A stretch of 64,000 bases of DNA from a virus. The notes under the pieces were generated by a model. That model saw nothing but the letters and a program-made list of their open reading frames with translations, was not told where the DNA came from and ran no database searches. The translations under genes were made by a program, and so were the position numbers. The stretch lies in IMG/VR virus record IMGVR_UViG_3300025133_006719, positions 15,300-79,299 of that record, one strand, 5' to 3'. Positions within the stretch are counted from its first letter, which is position 1. Every line of letters begins with the position of its first letter. Of this stretch, positions 38,655 to 48,411 are shown piece after piece.

Positions 38655-38698
38655 AAAAAACCCCCGGCGCAGGAAACAGGTAAAAGCGCCGAGGGTTT
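38655..38698 (-). terminator. probable intrinsic terminator
   Basis: AAACCCCCGGCGC...GCGCCGAGGGTTT stem with A-run (U-run on minus strand). Confidence 0.55.
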
Positions 38699-38716
38699 AG
38701 TTATGAAGAGATGCCC

Positions 38717-38920
38717 CTAAGCTCTTTGCTTAGTACCAGACATCTTTTTGACCAGCACTCTACCATCAGTAGAGTTAATAAAGCTGACACCGATGTTTCT
38801 CGCCGCCTTCCATTCAGACTTGTGCTGATTTGTCTTCTTCAGGTACTCAACGCGGTTAACCTTGAGCTTGTTATCTGTCGTCTCAGAGACGACTAGCCGA
38901 TACGTCTTAGGTCTAATCAT
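38717..38920 (-). CDS. hypothetical basic protein
   Basis: ORF from ATG 38920, followed by terminator. Confidence 0.5.
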   Translation of the reverse strand: MIRPKTYRLVVSETTDNKLKVNRVEYLKKTNQHKSEWKAARNIGVSFINSTDGRVLVKKMSGTKQRA

Positions 38921-38978
38921 GACAAATATAAGACCAGACAACAGCCCCAACCATTCAAATAAAAGTGTAATTATAATC

Positions 38979-39287
38979 ATGGAAGAAGCAGCAAAAGGAT
39001 TTATAGGTCAACACGGCTGGGTTTTTATGGCCGGAGTAGTAGCGATTATGTTTAACAGCTTGATTAGCAGCAGCGCTCAGGGGTTTTTACTTTGGTGGAG
39101 TAAGCAGTATCAAGCAGATGATATTGTAGTCATTGGAGGCAGAAGAGCCAGAATAGTCAGGATCGGAATGAGAGAAATGGTGGTATACTACGAGGACAGT
39201 TGTACAAAAGCCACATATCCTAATGAATCAGTCAGAGGTATGGGAATAGAGAAAGAAATAAAATCCATGAATTTCAATAAGAAGTAA
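38979..39287 (+). CDS. small MscS-beta-domain membrane protein
   Basis: TM helix, D.V.I.G....I..IG.R, YPN; start reassigned after GTGTA motif. Confidence 0.6.
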   Translation: MEEAAKGFIGQHGWVFMAGVVAIMFNSLISSSAQGFLLWWSKQYQADDIVVIGGRRARIVRIGMREMVVYYEDSCTKATYPNESVRGMGIEKEIKSMNFNKK

Positions 39288-39310
39288 AACGTTTACACAT
39301 AGAGGTTTAC

Positions 39311-39577
39311 ATGACCAGAGAAGAAGCAAATGCCCTAGAGGGCGATATCGCAAACGATGTTCTGAATAACTTTCCACTATCAGGCTTAGTAGTGCTGGCA
39401 ACAGACGCCGCGAAAAAAAGAGCCCATCAGATAATGGAGGAGAGCACAGATGAGGCCCTAACTGATATGCAAGGGAAGTATGCCGAGGCTAAAGCTAAAT
39501 TAGAGGCCGAGAAGGCTAAGCAAGCAGCCACTGGCCACGGCAATGCAGATTCCAATTGCGATATGACCGAGGAATAA
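39311..39577 (+). CDS. hypothetical protein
   Basis: ORF with GAGG SD. Confidence 0.6.
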   Translation: MTREEANALEGDIANDVLNNFPLSGLVVLATDAAKKRAHQIMEESTDEALTDMQGKYAEAKAKLEAEKAKQAATGHGNADSNCDMTEE

Positions 39578-39579
39578 AA

Positions 39580-39873
39580 GTGACAAACACGGAAGTAAAT
39601 AAAGTACATTCCGTTACATTTGATAACACTGTTACCGAGTATCACGAAGTTAACTTTGATTCATTATCTAATTTCCAAGAGCCCGTAATGCCAACAGAAA
39701 ATAATCAAGCATTAAAACTATTAGACCAAATAATAGAAATGGCAGACGAGCAAGACGCTGAGTACAAAAAGAAAATGAACGAATCTCCCTACGTTAAAGA
39801 TTGGGAACAGTCTTTTGGTGAAGGATGGATGCCCTTTCACCTAAAAAAACTAAAAGAACTTCTAACTCAATAA
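39580..39873 (+). CDS. hypothetical protein
   Basis: ORF. Confidence 0.55.
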   Translation: MTNTEVNKVHSVTFDNTVTEYHEVNFDSLSNFQEPVMPTENNQALKLLDQIIEMADEQDAEYKKKMNESPYVKDWEQSFGEGWMPFHLKKLKELLTQ

Positions 39874-40464
39874 TTGAACGAAAAATTACCAAATAAACCA
39901 GTAATTACAGAGAATTTATTGCCAGATGACCTGTGTCGTTCATTAATCGAAGAATTCCAACATAAATCCGAAGTAGACTATACCAACCATCACAGAGGGT
40001 CAATTAGAGGCGGCATTCCCTCATACGCTCCGGGAGTAGGCAATCTGAGAGGCGACACACACCGCGAAGATTTTAAGTCTAGCTCTTACGTGCTTGTAAA
40101 CGATATTACTGGCCAAACTAAAGAAAAGTTGTTTAAAGTTATGCGAGAGAACAATATGCCATTTTCTTCGAAATCTTCCTGTATGTTTTATAGATGGTCA
40201 ACTTTTTCATATTACCCTACTCATGCGGATATGGGGATGGCCCGACTTGCTTCTATTTATTTAAATGAAGATTATCGCACATGTGACGGTGGGATGTACC
40301 TATACAAGGACGACGAGAGAAACGAATGGATAGGTATAGAGCCTAGTTTCAATAAGTCTGTCTATTTCGACCAAACTAACCATCCTGAAGGAACTTTGCA
40401 CATGGTAACCCCTGTAACCAGCAAAAAAGAAAGAATGTCCATTCAGATGTTCGAGGAAATGTGA
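39874..40464 (+). CDS. 2OG-Fe(II) oxygenase
   Basis: H.D, IYLN....GG, H.V.PV, R.SIQ. Confidence 0.85.
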   Translation: MNEKLPNKPVITENLLPDDLCRSLIEEFQHKSEVDYTNHHRGSIRGGIPSYAPGVGNLRGDTHREDFKSSSYVLVNDITGQTKEKLFKVMRENNMPFSSKSSCMFYRWSTFSYYPTHADMGMARLASIYLNEDYRTCDGGMYLYKDDERNEWIGIEPSFNKSVYFDQTNHPEGTLHMVTPVTSKKERMSIQMFEEM

Positions 40465-40493
40465 ATACAAAAATGCCAAATAAACCATAGTAG

Positions 40494-41129
40494 ATGATCA
40501 CTAAGCTAGAAAGCGAGTTCATGCTTGCGGGTAATCGATGGTTTCGCGACGACGGCAACAATACCTTACGTCTAAATTATGATTTAAATTGTGACTCTAT
40601 TGTATTTGACATAGGGGGTTATAAAGGAGACTTCGCTGAAGAAATGGTAAGACTATATGATTGCCATGTATATTTATTCGAGCCATCTGTAGAGTTTTTC
40701 AGGATCGCTCAAGCCCGGTTTTCTGCAAATAAAAAAGTAAAGTGCTTTAACTATGGTTTGTCTGATTCAAATTGTAAGATGATGTTGTCGAATGAGGGTA
40801 ACAAATCATCTGTAATGGATGTAAAGTCGCATCAAACAGGTTCCCAAGTTGATATACAAAACTTTAAAGATGTCTTTGATCGTGAAGGTATAGAAGATAT
40901 TGATCTTATTAAAATAAATATAGAAGGTGGAGAATACCCCCTTATGCGTCACATAATTAAGGAAGGATTAGCTCCTCGCATTAAGAATTTTCAGGTTCAG
41001 TTTCACATAAAGGATTTCATTCCTAATGTGTCTAGTATGAGAGAAGATATTCAGCACGCACTTTCTGAGACTCACAATTTAGATTGGTGTTATACCTTTA
41101 TTTGGGAAAACTGGTCGTTAAAAGACTAA
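40494..41129 (+). CDS. FkbM family methyltransferase
   Basis: DIGGYKG, FEP, KINIEGGEY, QFH. Confidence 0.88.
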   Translation: MITKLESEFMLAGNRWFRDDGNNTLRLNYDLNCDSIVFDIGGYKGDFAEEMVRLYDCHVYLFEPSVEFFRIAQARFSANKKVKCFNYGLSDSNCKMMLSNEGNKSSVMDVKSHQTGSQVDIQNFKDVFDREGIEDIDLIKINIEGGEYPLMRHIIKEGLAPRIKNFQVQFHIKDFIPNVSSMREDIQHALSETHNLDWCYTFIWENWSLKD

Positions 41130-41173
41130 TTGGTATAGATACTAGTGTAATATAACATAGTAAGGTAAATAAA

Positions 41174-41350
41174 ATGACATATTGGATTATATTAATACTA
41201 TCGTTAGCGCTTAATGGCGCTTTGGGGTACTGGATTTACACCCTTAAAAAGGCCGCATTTGCAAACGCAGCAACCGAAATAAAAGAAGCGGCTGAAGCGG
41301 TTAAGGATATTGGATCTAGAGATACAGAAGAAAGCTCCCAGAGAGTTTAA
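41174..41350 (+). CDS. small membrane-anchored protein (58 aa, below ORF-track cutoff)
   Basis: MTYWIILILSLALNGALGYWIY...ESSQRV*; GTGTA motif and AAGG upstream. Confidence 0.6.
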   Translation: MTYWIILILSLALNGALGYWIYTLKKAAFANAATEIKEAAEAVKDIGSRDTEESSQRV

Positions 41351-41358
41351 TCTATCAA

Positions 41359-41562
41359 ATGGGTGGAGTTTCTCAAATAAAAGACGCCCCAGAGGAGGAG
41401 CCAACAGACCCCACACTCCTCTTTCAAGAGAGGACTCTCACCTGTTTGAGGGAGCTTCAAAACGGCCTTTCTAACATGGAGGTGGTCGCAGAGAAAATGC
41501 AAGATTCTATTAACAGGATGAGATTTGATATTCATGGGGAGGATGTTGATGAAATTAGATAA
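41359..41562 (+). CDS. hypothetical protein
   Basis: ORF. Confidence 0.5.
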   Translation: MGGVSQIKDAPEEEPTDPTLLFQERTLTCLRELQNGLSNMEVVAEKMQDSINRMRFDIHGEDVDEIR

Positions 41563-41610
41563 TTCAAATATGAATATAAAGAAGCCAAATAAAGTTATAT
41601 CAGAAGAAAG

Positions 41611-42018
41611 ATGTTAAAAATGTTTAGAAGATTGTTCAGCAGAAAAAGAGAGTGTCCCGAATGTGGTTATCAAGGCTCATCTAGGGACTTTAAGAGAGTA
41701 ACCGTTTCAAATACGAACACAAAAAGGCCAAATAAAGCATCATGTTCCGGAACTTCTGGAACCTCTGGAACCTCTGGAACCTCCGGTGAAGCCCCTACGC
41801 AAACAAGGGCAAAACGGAAAAATAGAAGAGCTTCTACAAGCGGAACAAGCGGAACAAGCGGAACAAGCGGAAGCCCTAGCACCCCGAAGGCGAAAGCAAA
41901 AACGCCAAATAAGAATACAAAAACGCCAAATAAGAATAGTAGCTCATCTGGCGAAGGAACTACCTCTGGAACCAGCGGAGATGGCGATTCTACCTCTGGC
42001 AGTTCTGGTGTAATTTAA
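41611..42018 (+). CDS. Ser/Gly/Thr-repeat basic protein with CxxC
   Basis: CPECG and multiple (SGT)n blocks. Confidence 0.65.
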   Translation: MLKMFRRLFSRKRECPECGYQGSSRDFKRVTVSNTNTKRPNKASCSGTSGTSGTSGTSGEAPTQTRAKRKNRRASTSGTSGTSGTSGSPSTPKAKAKTPNKNTKTPNKNSSSSGEGTTSGTSGDGDSTSGSSGVI

Positions 42019-42030
42019 TAAAATAAGATT

Positions 42031-42243
42031 ATGAGTGATAAAGTAGACCCCCATTATATTCAACATACAACTGGCGAAGAATCAACCTCTGGTACTTCTG
42101 GCGATGGCACTTCTGGTACTTCTGGCGAGCCTCCAGCACCAGCACCAGCACCGACTCCCGATGAGGGAACTTCTGGTGAGGGAACCTCTGGCACTTCTGG
42201 CGATGGTTCATACGGTCAACCAGAGGCGAGCCAAAGAGTCTAA
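42031..42243 (+). CDS. Ser/Gly/Thr-repeat acidic peptide
   Basis: Repeated GTSG units, PA repeat, ends EASQRV. Confidence 0.6.
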   Translation: MSDKVDPHYIQHTTGEESTSGTSGDGTSGTSGEPPAPAPAPTPDEGTSGEGTSGTSGDGSYGQPEASQRV

Positions 42244-42284
42244 AAAAGAGAGTAGCGACCCTGAATTAAAATCCTTTTTTATTC

Positions 42285-42662
42285 ATGGCCGAAGTTAAAT
42301 TATCTATCAAGGAGAAAAATCTTCTAAAGCTATTAGAAGATAGGGACAGACTCGCAGACCAAGTATCTCTATGCGACAAGGCAATCGGTTTTTGGGAAAG
42401 CCAGATGGAGGCGTTGTTCGTTAAGATAGATGAGAACGATGAACAGTCATGGAGTCCAGATTACGAAGCTAAAGCGGAAAGCTACCTAAAGGATATAGAC
42501 AGACTCGTAGGTAGAGGGAAAATCGAGAATGACACAATCAACAAACTAGAACGAGAGAGTGATGACTTGTATTTCAAAATCATCGCCTTCCTTGAGGAAA
42601 ACGCCGATAACAAGAAGATTGTAAGTATTGCCAAAAATCATTTCAAAAAGATTAAAAATTAG
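42285..42662 (+). CDS. hypothetical helical protein
   Basis: ORF. Confidence 0.6.
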   Translation: MAEVKLSIKEKNLLKLLEDRDRLADQVSLCDKAIGFWESQMEALFVKIDENDEQSWSPDYEAKAESYLKDIDRLVGRGKIENDTINKLERESDDLYFKIIAFLEENADNKKIVSIAKNHFKKIKN

Positions 42663-42665
42663 GGG

Positions 42666-42694
42666 TTGACAGGGTATCCCCCGTAGGTTAGAGT
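42666..42694 (+). promoter_or_regulatory. sigma70-type promoter with CCCC spacer
   Basis: TTGACA-17-TAGAGT. Confidence 0.7.
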
Positions 42695-42703
42695 AATGAT
42701 GGT

Positions 42704-45046
42704 ATGATTACTCGACAGAACCAAACAAAACTACAACAATCCCAAGAGTTTGTCTCCCATTCATTCGGAATCAAACAAGAGGGAATCTCCCACATCTTCA
42801 ATGTCTTACGAAACCAACTCTACTCTGATAAGATACTTGCAGTTATCCGCGAATACTCTACGAATGCGATTGATGCTCATGTAGAGGTAGGTAAAGCAAC
42901 CCTTCCAATCGAAGTTTCCCTCCCTACCAAACTTAAATTAGAGTTCAAGGTAAGAGATTACGGTAGAGGCTTAACCGACGAACAGATTTCCCAAGTCTAC
43001 GCAATGTATGGTGAATCAACCAAGCGCGGCACAAATGAGCAAATTGGCCAATTAGGTTTAGGTTGTAAATCGGCATTTGCTTACGGTGATAATTTCATAA
43101 TCAACTCGTATGTTAAAGGAACAAAGACTTCCTACAACGCCTTCATAGACCCTTCGCAAGTTGGCAGAATCTCGAAACTTTCAGAAGAAAAGAGTAAAGA
43201 ATCATGCGGCATTGAGATTGTCATTCCTGTCAAGATGGATGATGTAGACGAGTTCTATACGAAAGCAGTAAACTTGTTTAAGTATTTCAAAACTTGCCCA
43301 ACCATAAAAGGCGCGTCAGGAAGAAACCTAGAAGATGACTTATCTGAAAAGATTGTCATAGAATCCGACGACAAAAGTTGGCAACTAACAGATGGTGATG
43401 CGGTTGCTATCATGGGTAACATAGCATACGAAATCGACAACTACGCACTAAACTTGTCTTGGTCATCAGATGCTACTGACAGGCTACTCTACGAATTACT
43501 TAATGCAGGAATAAGGTTGCATTGCAAAATTGGTGAGTTGGACATTGCGGCAAGCCGCGAAGCATTACAGTACACCGACCAAACCAAGGGAGTTTTAATT
43601 AACAGACTTAAAGACTGCATAAAGGAATTACCAGATTTGTTTACAGAAAGGTTCAAAGTCTGCAAAACTCTATGGGAAGCAAAGTTGCTATACAAAGACT
43701 TTTTCAGTCATGGAGGTTTTGGTAGCCATGTTAAAAACATTGTTGAAAAGCGTAAGGGAGTGTTTTGGAATGGTATTGCTGTTACAGACAGTCACTTCAC
43801 TTTCACTCACTTCCAAAGCGAAGATGCTAAAGTCATAAGATTCGCCAAAAAGCATGGGTATAAAAGTTATGCCAAAGTTAGAGGCATGGAGGAAGCTAAT
43901 CTATCAGTTGATTCTGAATGCCTTGTTATATTTGATGACAGGACTAGCCCAAATGGTAGGTTGAATCGTATAACACCTTTGATAGAGGAGTATGACACTC
44001 AACCAGACAACCATAAAAAGTATGAGAATGTTTACCTTATCACATTTAGAGATGAGTCTTTCCACAAAGAATGGCTAAAGAAAACAAACTTCGACTTGGA
44101 ATGTAAAAAACTTTCGGAGTACACTCCAGTAAAATTAAGGGAGATTTACCCAAGCAATTCAACAACGGCAAACTCCAGCAAAGTTAAGCCAGCAAAACAT
44201 CAAACAAAAGAGTTTACATTTAACAGAGATGCAGACTATGGTAATTACCACACTTGCCGTAGCGACTACTTCGATAGCGTAGCAGTAGACTTACAAAATG
44301 ATAGCGGCGTTTATGTTGAAATTGATGGTTTTTTTATCCATGCTCCTACAGAAATCCATCCTCATGCGTTTAGGAAGAAGTTGAAAGGTCTTGAATCTTT
44401 AGGGTTGGATGTTCCCGAAATCTTTGCCTTCAAACCTCCGAAAGCAGAGAAGATTAAAGATAATGACAACTGGACTTTGTTTGCAGATTGGGCAGAAGAA
44501 AAAATAACAGGCAGTCTATCAAAAGAACAGTTGCAAGAGATGAGAGACAGGGAATATGCCTTGAAACATTTTGAGAGTCAAGAGAGACAATACGATTCAG
44601 AACCTCTAAAGATTGATGGATGCAGACATGGAGGAGCAGATGATAAGCCAGAGTTAGACTTAAAAAAGTTAATTGTCGATGAAGAATCTTCTTATCTTGA
44701 TTACTATAACAAGTATAAGTCAATGGTTAAGAGCAGAAGTCATAAGAGACTTGACAAAGCTATCGCCGCTACTAGAGTGTTTGGTTTTGGAAGCAGGTTA
44801 GACGAGATAAAACCTACCCATGACCTTGACAATATGGTAAACAATGTATTGGAAAAATATCCCATGTTACATTATGGTATCCAGCATACAGATTGGCAAT
44901 GGAAAGAGCATATAGCAAAAGAATGGGTTAATTATATCAATCTAATAGATGTAACATGGCAAACCGCAAGAAGAAAAAACAGAGTAAAAAAAATTACAAA
45001 CATATTTGACCCCAATATAGTTTCAAAAGAAGTAATAGTAGCTTGA
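42704..45046 (+). CDS. rIIA: rIIA-like protein (GHKL/HATPase N-domain)
   Basis: LYSDK..AVIREY.TNA.DAH, RDYG.GL, STKR, G..GLG.KS.FAY, SRE.L; adjacent rIIB. Confidence 0.9.
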   Translation: MITRQNQTKLQQSQEFVSHSFGIKQEGISHIFNVLRNQLYSDKILAVIREYSTNAIDAHVEVGKATLPIEVSLPTKLKLEFKVRDYGRGLTDEQISQVYAMYGESTKRGTNEQIGQLGLGCKSAFAYGDNFIINSYVKGTKTSYNAFIDPSQVGRISKLSEEKSKESCGIEIVIPVKMDDVDEFYTKAVNLFKYFKTCPTIKGASGRNLEDDLSEKIVIESDDKSWQLTDGDAVAIMGNIAYEIDNYALNLSWSSDATDRLLYELLNAGIRLHCKIGELDIAASREALQYTDQTKGVLINRLKDCIKELPDLFTERFKVCKTLWEAKLLYKDFFSHGGFGSHVKNIVEKRKGVFWNGIAVTDSHFTFTHFQSEDAKVIRFAKKHGYKSYAKVRGMEEANLSVDSECLVIFDDRTSPNGRLNRITPLIEEYDTQPDNHKKYENVYLITFRDESFHKEWLKKTNFDLECKKLSEYTPVKLREIYPSNSTTANSSKVKPAKHQTKEFTFNRDADYGNYHTCRSDYFDSVAVDLQNDSGVYVEIDGFFIHAPTEIHPHAFRKKLKGLESLGLDVPEIFAFKPPKAEKIKDNDNWTLFADWAEEKITGSLSKEQLQEMRDREYALKHFESQERQYDSEPLKIDGCRHGGADDKPELDLKKLIVDEESSYLDYYNKYKSMVKSRSHKRLDKAIAATRVFGFGSRLDEIKPTHDLDNMVNNVLEKYPMLHYGIQHTDWQWKEHIAKEWVNYINLIDVTWQTARRKNRVKKITNIFDPNIVSKEVIVA

Positions 45047-45081
45047 CAAATTAGCCCGATAAACTAGAATAAAAAGAGATT

Positions 45082-45954
45082 ATGATACCGTACATACTAA
45101 CAGACAAAAGCCTGACTTGCGTAATCAATGGTAAGTCACTCACGATGGAGCAAGACAACCCTTCTTTTAAGGTAGCAGTAAAGACTATCTTGCAAGAAGA
45201 ATGGGACAACCTCGCAGACTTGTTTGATACTTCTAAAGCAGTAGAAAACTTTGCAGAGGGAAATGTTAAAGTTGAAGATGGTGAAGTTTACTACAAGGAC
45301 GAGATTGTTCACGGTCATGTAGTTGGCAGAATCCTAGATTTAATGAGCGGCGACAAGCCCTACAAGTCAGTTATCCGCTTTCTCGACAAGCTGATGAATA
45401 ACCCTTCTCGTAGGGCAGTAAACGAGTTGTATGCCTTTTTAGAGCATAAGAGTATGCCACTAACACCAGAGGGCAATTTCCTTGCATACAAGGGAGTGCG
45501 TGAAGATTTTACCGATTGGTATTCTGGCAAATTTACCAATAAGGTTGGTGATGTAAACGAGATGCCTCGCAGGGGAGTTTGCGATGACTATAACATAGGT
45601 TGTTCGTCAGGGTTTCATGCTGGCAGCTTGGAATACGCTAAAGGATACGGCAATGGCGGCAACTTAATGGTTGTCGAGATTGATCCTTCCGATGTTGTTA
45701 GCGTTCCACACGATTGCGACCAACAAAAACTTCGTACTTGCAAGTATAAGGTTGTTGCGCTTTTTGAAAAGAAGCTAGAAGAATCAATTGTCTATCCAAA
45801 CGATGACGGCACGATACACTACGAAGATGACGAGGATGATTACTCTGATGAGGATTCGGATTTAGATATTGCATACAACGAAGGCTATAAAGCGGCCTTG
45901 AAAAAGTTGTCAAAAGAATTTGGTAACGGTGGTTCCGCTACCAATGTTGGGTAG
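45082..45954 (+). CDS. rIIB: rIIB-like protein
   Basis: NPS...V.ELY.FL, G.FLAYK.V, MPR..V.D....CS.G.H, D.VSVP.D....KLR.C.Y.V. Confidence 0.9.
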   Translation: MIPYILTDKSLTCVINGKSLTMEQDNPSFKVAVKTILQEEWDNLADLFDTSKAVENFAEGNVKVEDGEVYYKDEIVHGHVVGRILDLMSGDKPYKSVIRFLDKLMNNPSRRAVNELYAFLEHKSMPLTPEGNFLAYKGVREDFTDWYSGKFTNKVGDVNEMPRRGVCDDYNIGCSSGFHAGSLEYAKGYGNGGNLMVVEIDPSDVVSVPHDCDQQKLRTCKYKVVALFEKKLEESIVYPNDDGTIHYEDDEDDYSDEDSDLDIAYNEGYKAALKKLSKEFGNGGSATNVG

Positions 45955-46000
45955 CTGACAGTTTCGACTGTCGGTTCCTTTCTGTTTGTAGTCATAACAT

Positions 46001-46067
46001 GGCATTATCCAAGCATATAAGTTTTCGTAGTAGTTTCTTATTGTAAGTCTTGGGTAGTGCCTTTTTT
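46001..46067 (+). terminator. long hairpin with T-tract
   Basis: GGCATTATCCAAG/CTTGGGTAGTGCC plus T6; UUCG hairpin at 45957-45972. Confidence 0.5.
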
Positions 46068-46106
46068 GATAAACATTAAATCTCAAAAGAATTAAAAAGA
46101 ATTATT

Positions 46107-46805
46107 ATGCGACAAGCAAGCCAAATCAATACAGGTATAGTAGAGGACTTTTTCGACTCCATTAAGGATAAGGACATTGAATCCTACAATGAGTATTGGG
46201 GAGAGTTAAAGCCTCAATCGTCAAATGCCGCTTTTAAGCGATACTTGTTTGCCTTTATGTCAGTCCATACAACTTGGAAGAATAATTGCAAAGGGTATAA
46301 CGCTATCAAACGATTTAACAGATGGACGCTTGAAAGGGGAGAGCAACTCCAGCTTTGGAATTATGATGCTGATAAGCTATTTAATGCTATCGAAGCTACA
46401 AGAGTAGGAATGCAAAACAACCGTACTAATTATATCGGTACTTTTAACGATAATTTTTGGCATGATACTGACGATTATCTGCATCGTAGCGATAACGAAG
46501 GATGGACAGAATGGAGGGACAGACTTTCCAAAAAAATTCTTGGACTAGGGAAGGCGAAAACTTCGTTTGCTATTGAGATGCTTTATCCGACAGAAGCAAA
46601 AGTTGTTTGTATGGATACTCATTTGTTTCAAGTTTATGGTTGTGACCAAACCAAGGACGCTAAAAAGTACGAGACTCTTGAAGCGGATTGGATTGCGCGA
46701 AGTGACGCAAGAGGATTAGCACCATACATGGCACGATGCCTTTATTGGGACAAGAACCAGAACCGTAAGAACTCACGCTATTGGAGCAAAGTATTAGAAG
46801 CATGA
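46107..46805 (+). CDS. HhH-GPD DNA glycosylase-like protein
   Basis: ILGLG.AK.SF helix-hairpin-helix plus CMDTH catalytic Asp motif. Confidence 0.7.
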   Translation: MRQASQINTGIVEDFFDSIKDKDIESYNEYWGELKPQSSNAAFKRYLFAFMSVHTTWKNNCKGYNAIKRFNRWTLERGEQLQLWNYDADKLFNAIEATRVGMQNNRTNYIGTFNDNFWHDTDDYLHRSDNEGWTEWRDRLSKKILGLGKAKTSFAIEMLYPTEAKVVCMDTHLFQVYGCDQTKDAKKYETLEADWIARSDARGLAPYMARCLYWDKNQNRKNSRYWSKVLEA

Positions 46806-47020
46806 AAATCCTTGAGTCTGACAAATTCTCGAAAGAAGATATTGAAGGTATGCGCGATACTCTCGCGGAATCTGAATGGGAAGGATTCAGAGACAGAGAT
46901 TTGCGTATGTTGCTTTGGGATGGTTGCGTTGGCTGGAAAAACATACCTGACGAAGAAGTGGTTGAAATGTATCAAAACATTTACGGTGAGACTGATAATG
47001 TTGAAATTATTAAAGAATGA
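46802..47020 (+). CDS. hypothetical protein
   Basis: Coupled ORF. Confidence 0.55.
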   Translation: MKILESDKFSKEDIEGMRDTLAESEWEGFRDRDLRMLLWDGCVGWKNIPDEEVVEMYQNIYGETDNVEIIKE

Positions 47021-47181
47021 TCTACCGAGAAGAAACTAACCGATATTGGATGGTTTATTGTGACGGTGATGAATGTAACGAGTTTTGGATGAGAGAAGAT
47101 GTAAAAGAACTACAAGGTTACTGGCACAAGATAAAAGAAACTAAAGAAATTCTCTGCAAAAAATGCTATAACAAAAAATGA
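47017..47181 (+). CDS. small Zn-finger-like protein (54 aa)
   Basis: CDGDEC...CKKC; ATGA overlaps at both ends. Confidence 0.55.
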   Translation: MIYREETNRYWMVYCDGDECNEFWMREDVKELQGYWHKIKETKEILCKKCYNKK

Positions 47182-47342
47182 CTTGGACAATCGAAAAAAG
47201 AAAACAAGGCAATGAGATTTGGGTAACTTCAAATGTTGAACCAGAAGCTATTCTCATTGGTGAATGTTACCATGAGAGAGAAAGAAAAAGAACTCATTAC
47301 CTTGCCGCGATAATTGTCAAAGCATTAAACGAAAACGATTAA
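47178..47342 (+). CDS. hypothetical protein (54 aa)
   Basis: Coupled ORF MTWTIEK... Confidence 0.5.
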   Translation: MTWTIEKRKQGNEIWVTSNVEPEAILIGECYHERERKRTHYLAAIIVKALNEND

Positions 47343-47350
47343 ACAAAATT

Positions 47351-48097
47351 ATGAAACATACAGCAAAATGGATTCCGTTACCTAGCCAACCTATTTCAGA
47401 GGGGGAAGCGGCAAGCACAAACAAAGTCAGGACTTACTCTATTAGAATTAAATTGGATGCACCTCATCCTTCTCCCAAAACCGCAACAACCAGAAATATA
47501 GATGGAGAGTTTGTATGGGAAAGATTGGTCACTTGCAAGGGACGATCAGAAGCAGTTGCTCTAGCGGGAAATTGGTTTCAAGGTTTGCGAAGCGATGGTG
47601 TAAGAAAGGGGGGAGTTGGGAAAGTCCTAGCGGGAAAAGAAACTCACGAATGCGTAACCGTCGATGACAATTGGAATGAATGTTTGTATGGTTCTAATTT
47701 TAACCCAAAGAATAGTTGCAACCGTTTACTAGATAAGCAAACTATAGAAAGAGTCATTGAAGAGTCCAAAGGAAACTTAAAAATCGCTGACAGTCCTCTC
47801 ATCAAAGGGCAGGGCTATCCATCACTAGAATGGGCGACTGACAAAAAGATAAACTCGTCTCCTATTAAGGTTGGCTTTTCGACCTATACCGAACCCACAA
47901 AAGGAGGAATGAAAGAGATGCTGACTAAAGCACTAGAGAATTCAAAGAAAAGAAAAGTATCTTGGACAAGGGAACAGCACTTAAAGGAGGCCAGAATTAT
48001 TGTGAGAAAGATGAAAGCAAAGAGTCTGATTGAAACCCGCGAACATAAATACGAAGAATTAAGGATTAAATTATCGGGAAAAAAGCAAGCGGCATAA
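47351..48097 (+). CDS. hypothetical protein
   Basis: ORF. Confidence 0.65.
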   Translation: MKHTAKWIPLPSQPISEGEAASTNKVRTYSIRIKLDAPHPSPKTATTRNIDGEFVWERLVTCKGRSEAVALAGNWFQGLRSDGVRKGGVGKVLAGKETHECVTVDDNWNECLYGSNFNPKNSCNRLLDKQTIERVIEESKGNLKIADSPLIKGQGYPSLEWATDKKINSSPIKVGFSTYTEPTKGGMKEMLTKALENSKKRKVSWTREQHLKEARIIVRKMKAKSLIETREHKYEELRIKLSGKKQAA

Positions 48098-48104
48098 AAA
48101 TTAT

Positions 48105-48308
48105 ATGCTATACGAAGTAAAAATCACAACAACTTACAAGAATGTTACTTACGTTGTAAAAGCAGAAAATGTTTTGAAAGCAGAAACAGAAGCATTGAAG
48201 AAATTAGAGAAAGACGTACCTAAAGAATATATCACCGCTGGACAATACCACATTGACTATATAGAGAATTTGAAGGAACCGCCAGCAACCAAACCAATGG
48301 GGGGATGA
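48105..48308 (+). CDS. hypothetical protein
   Basis: ORF. Confidence 0.55.
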   Translation: MLYEVKITTTYKNVTYVVKAENVLKAETEALKKLEKDVPKEYITAGQYHIDYIENLKEPPATKPMGG

Positions 48309-48411
48309 AAAAAAGATGGAAAGGAATTACTGCTTGCTTATGTGTGTCGATTCTTGTAGCCTTGTGGTATGTGGCTTTAACAACTTTGAATGAAATTATA
48401 TTATTAGCACG

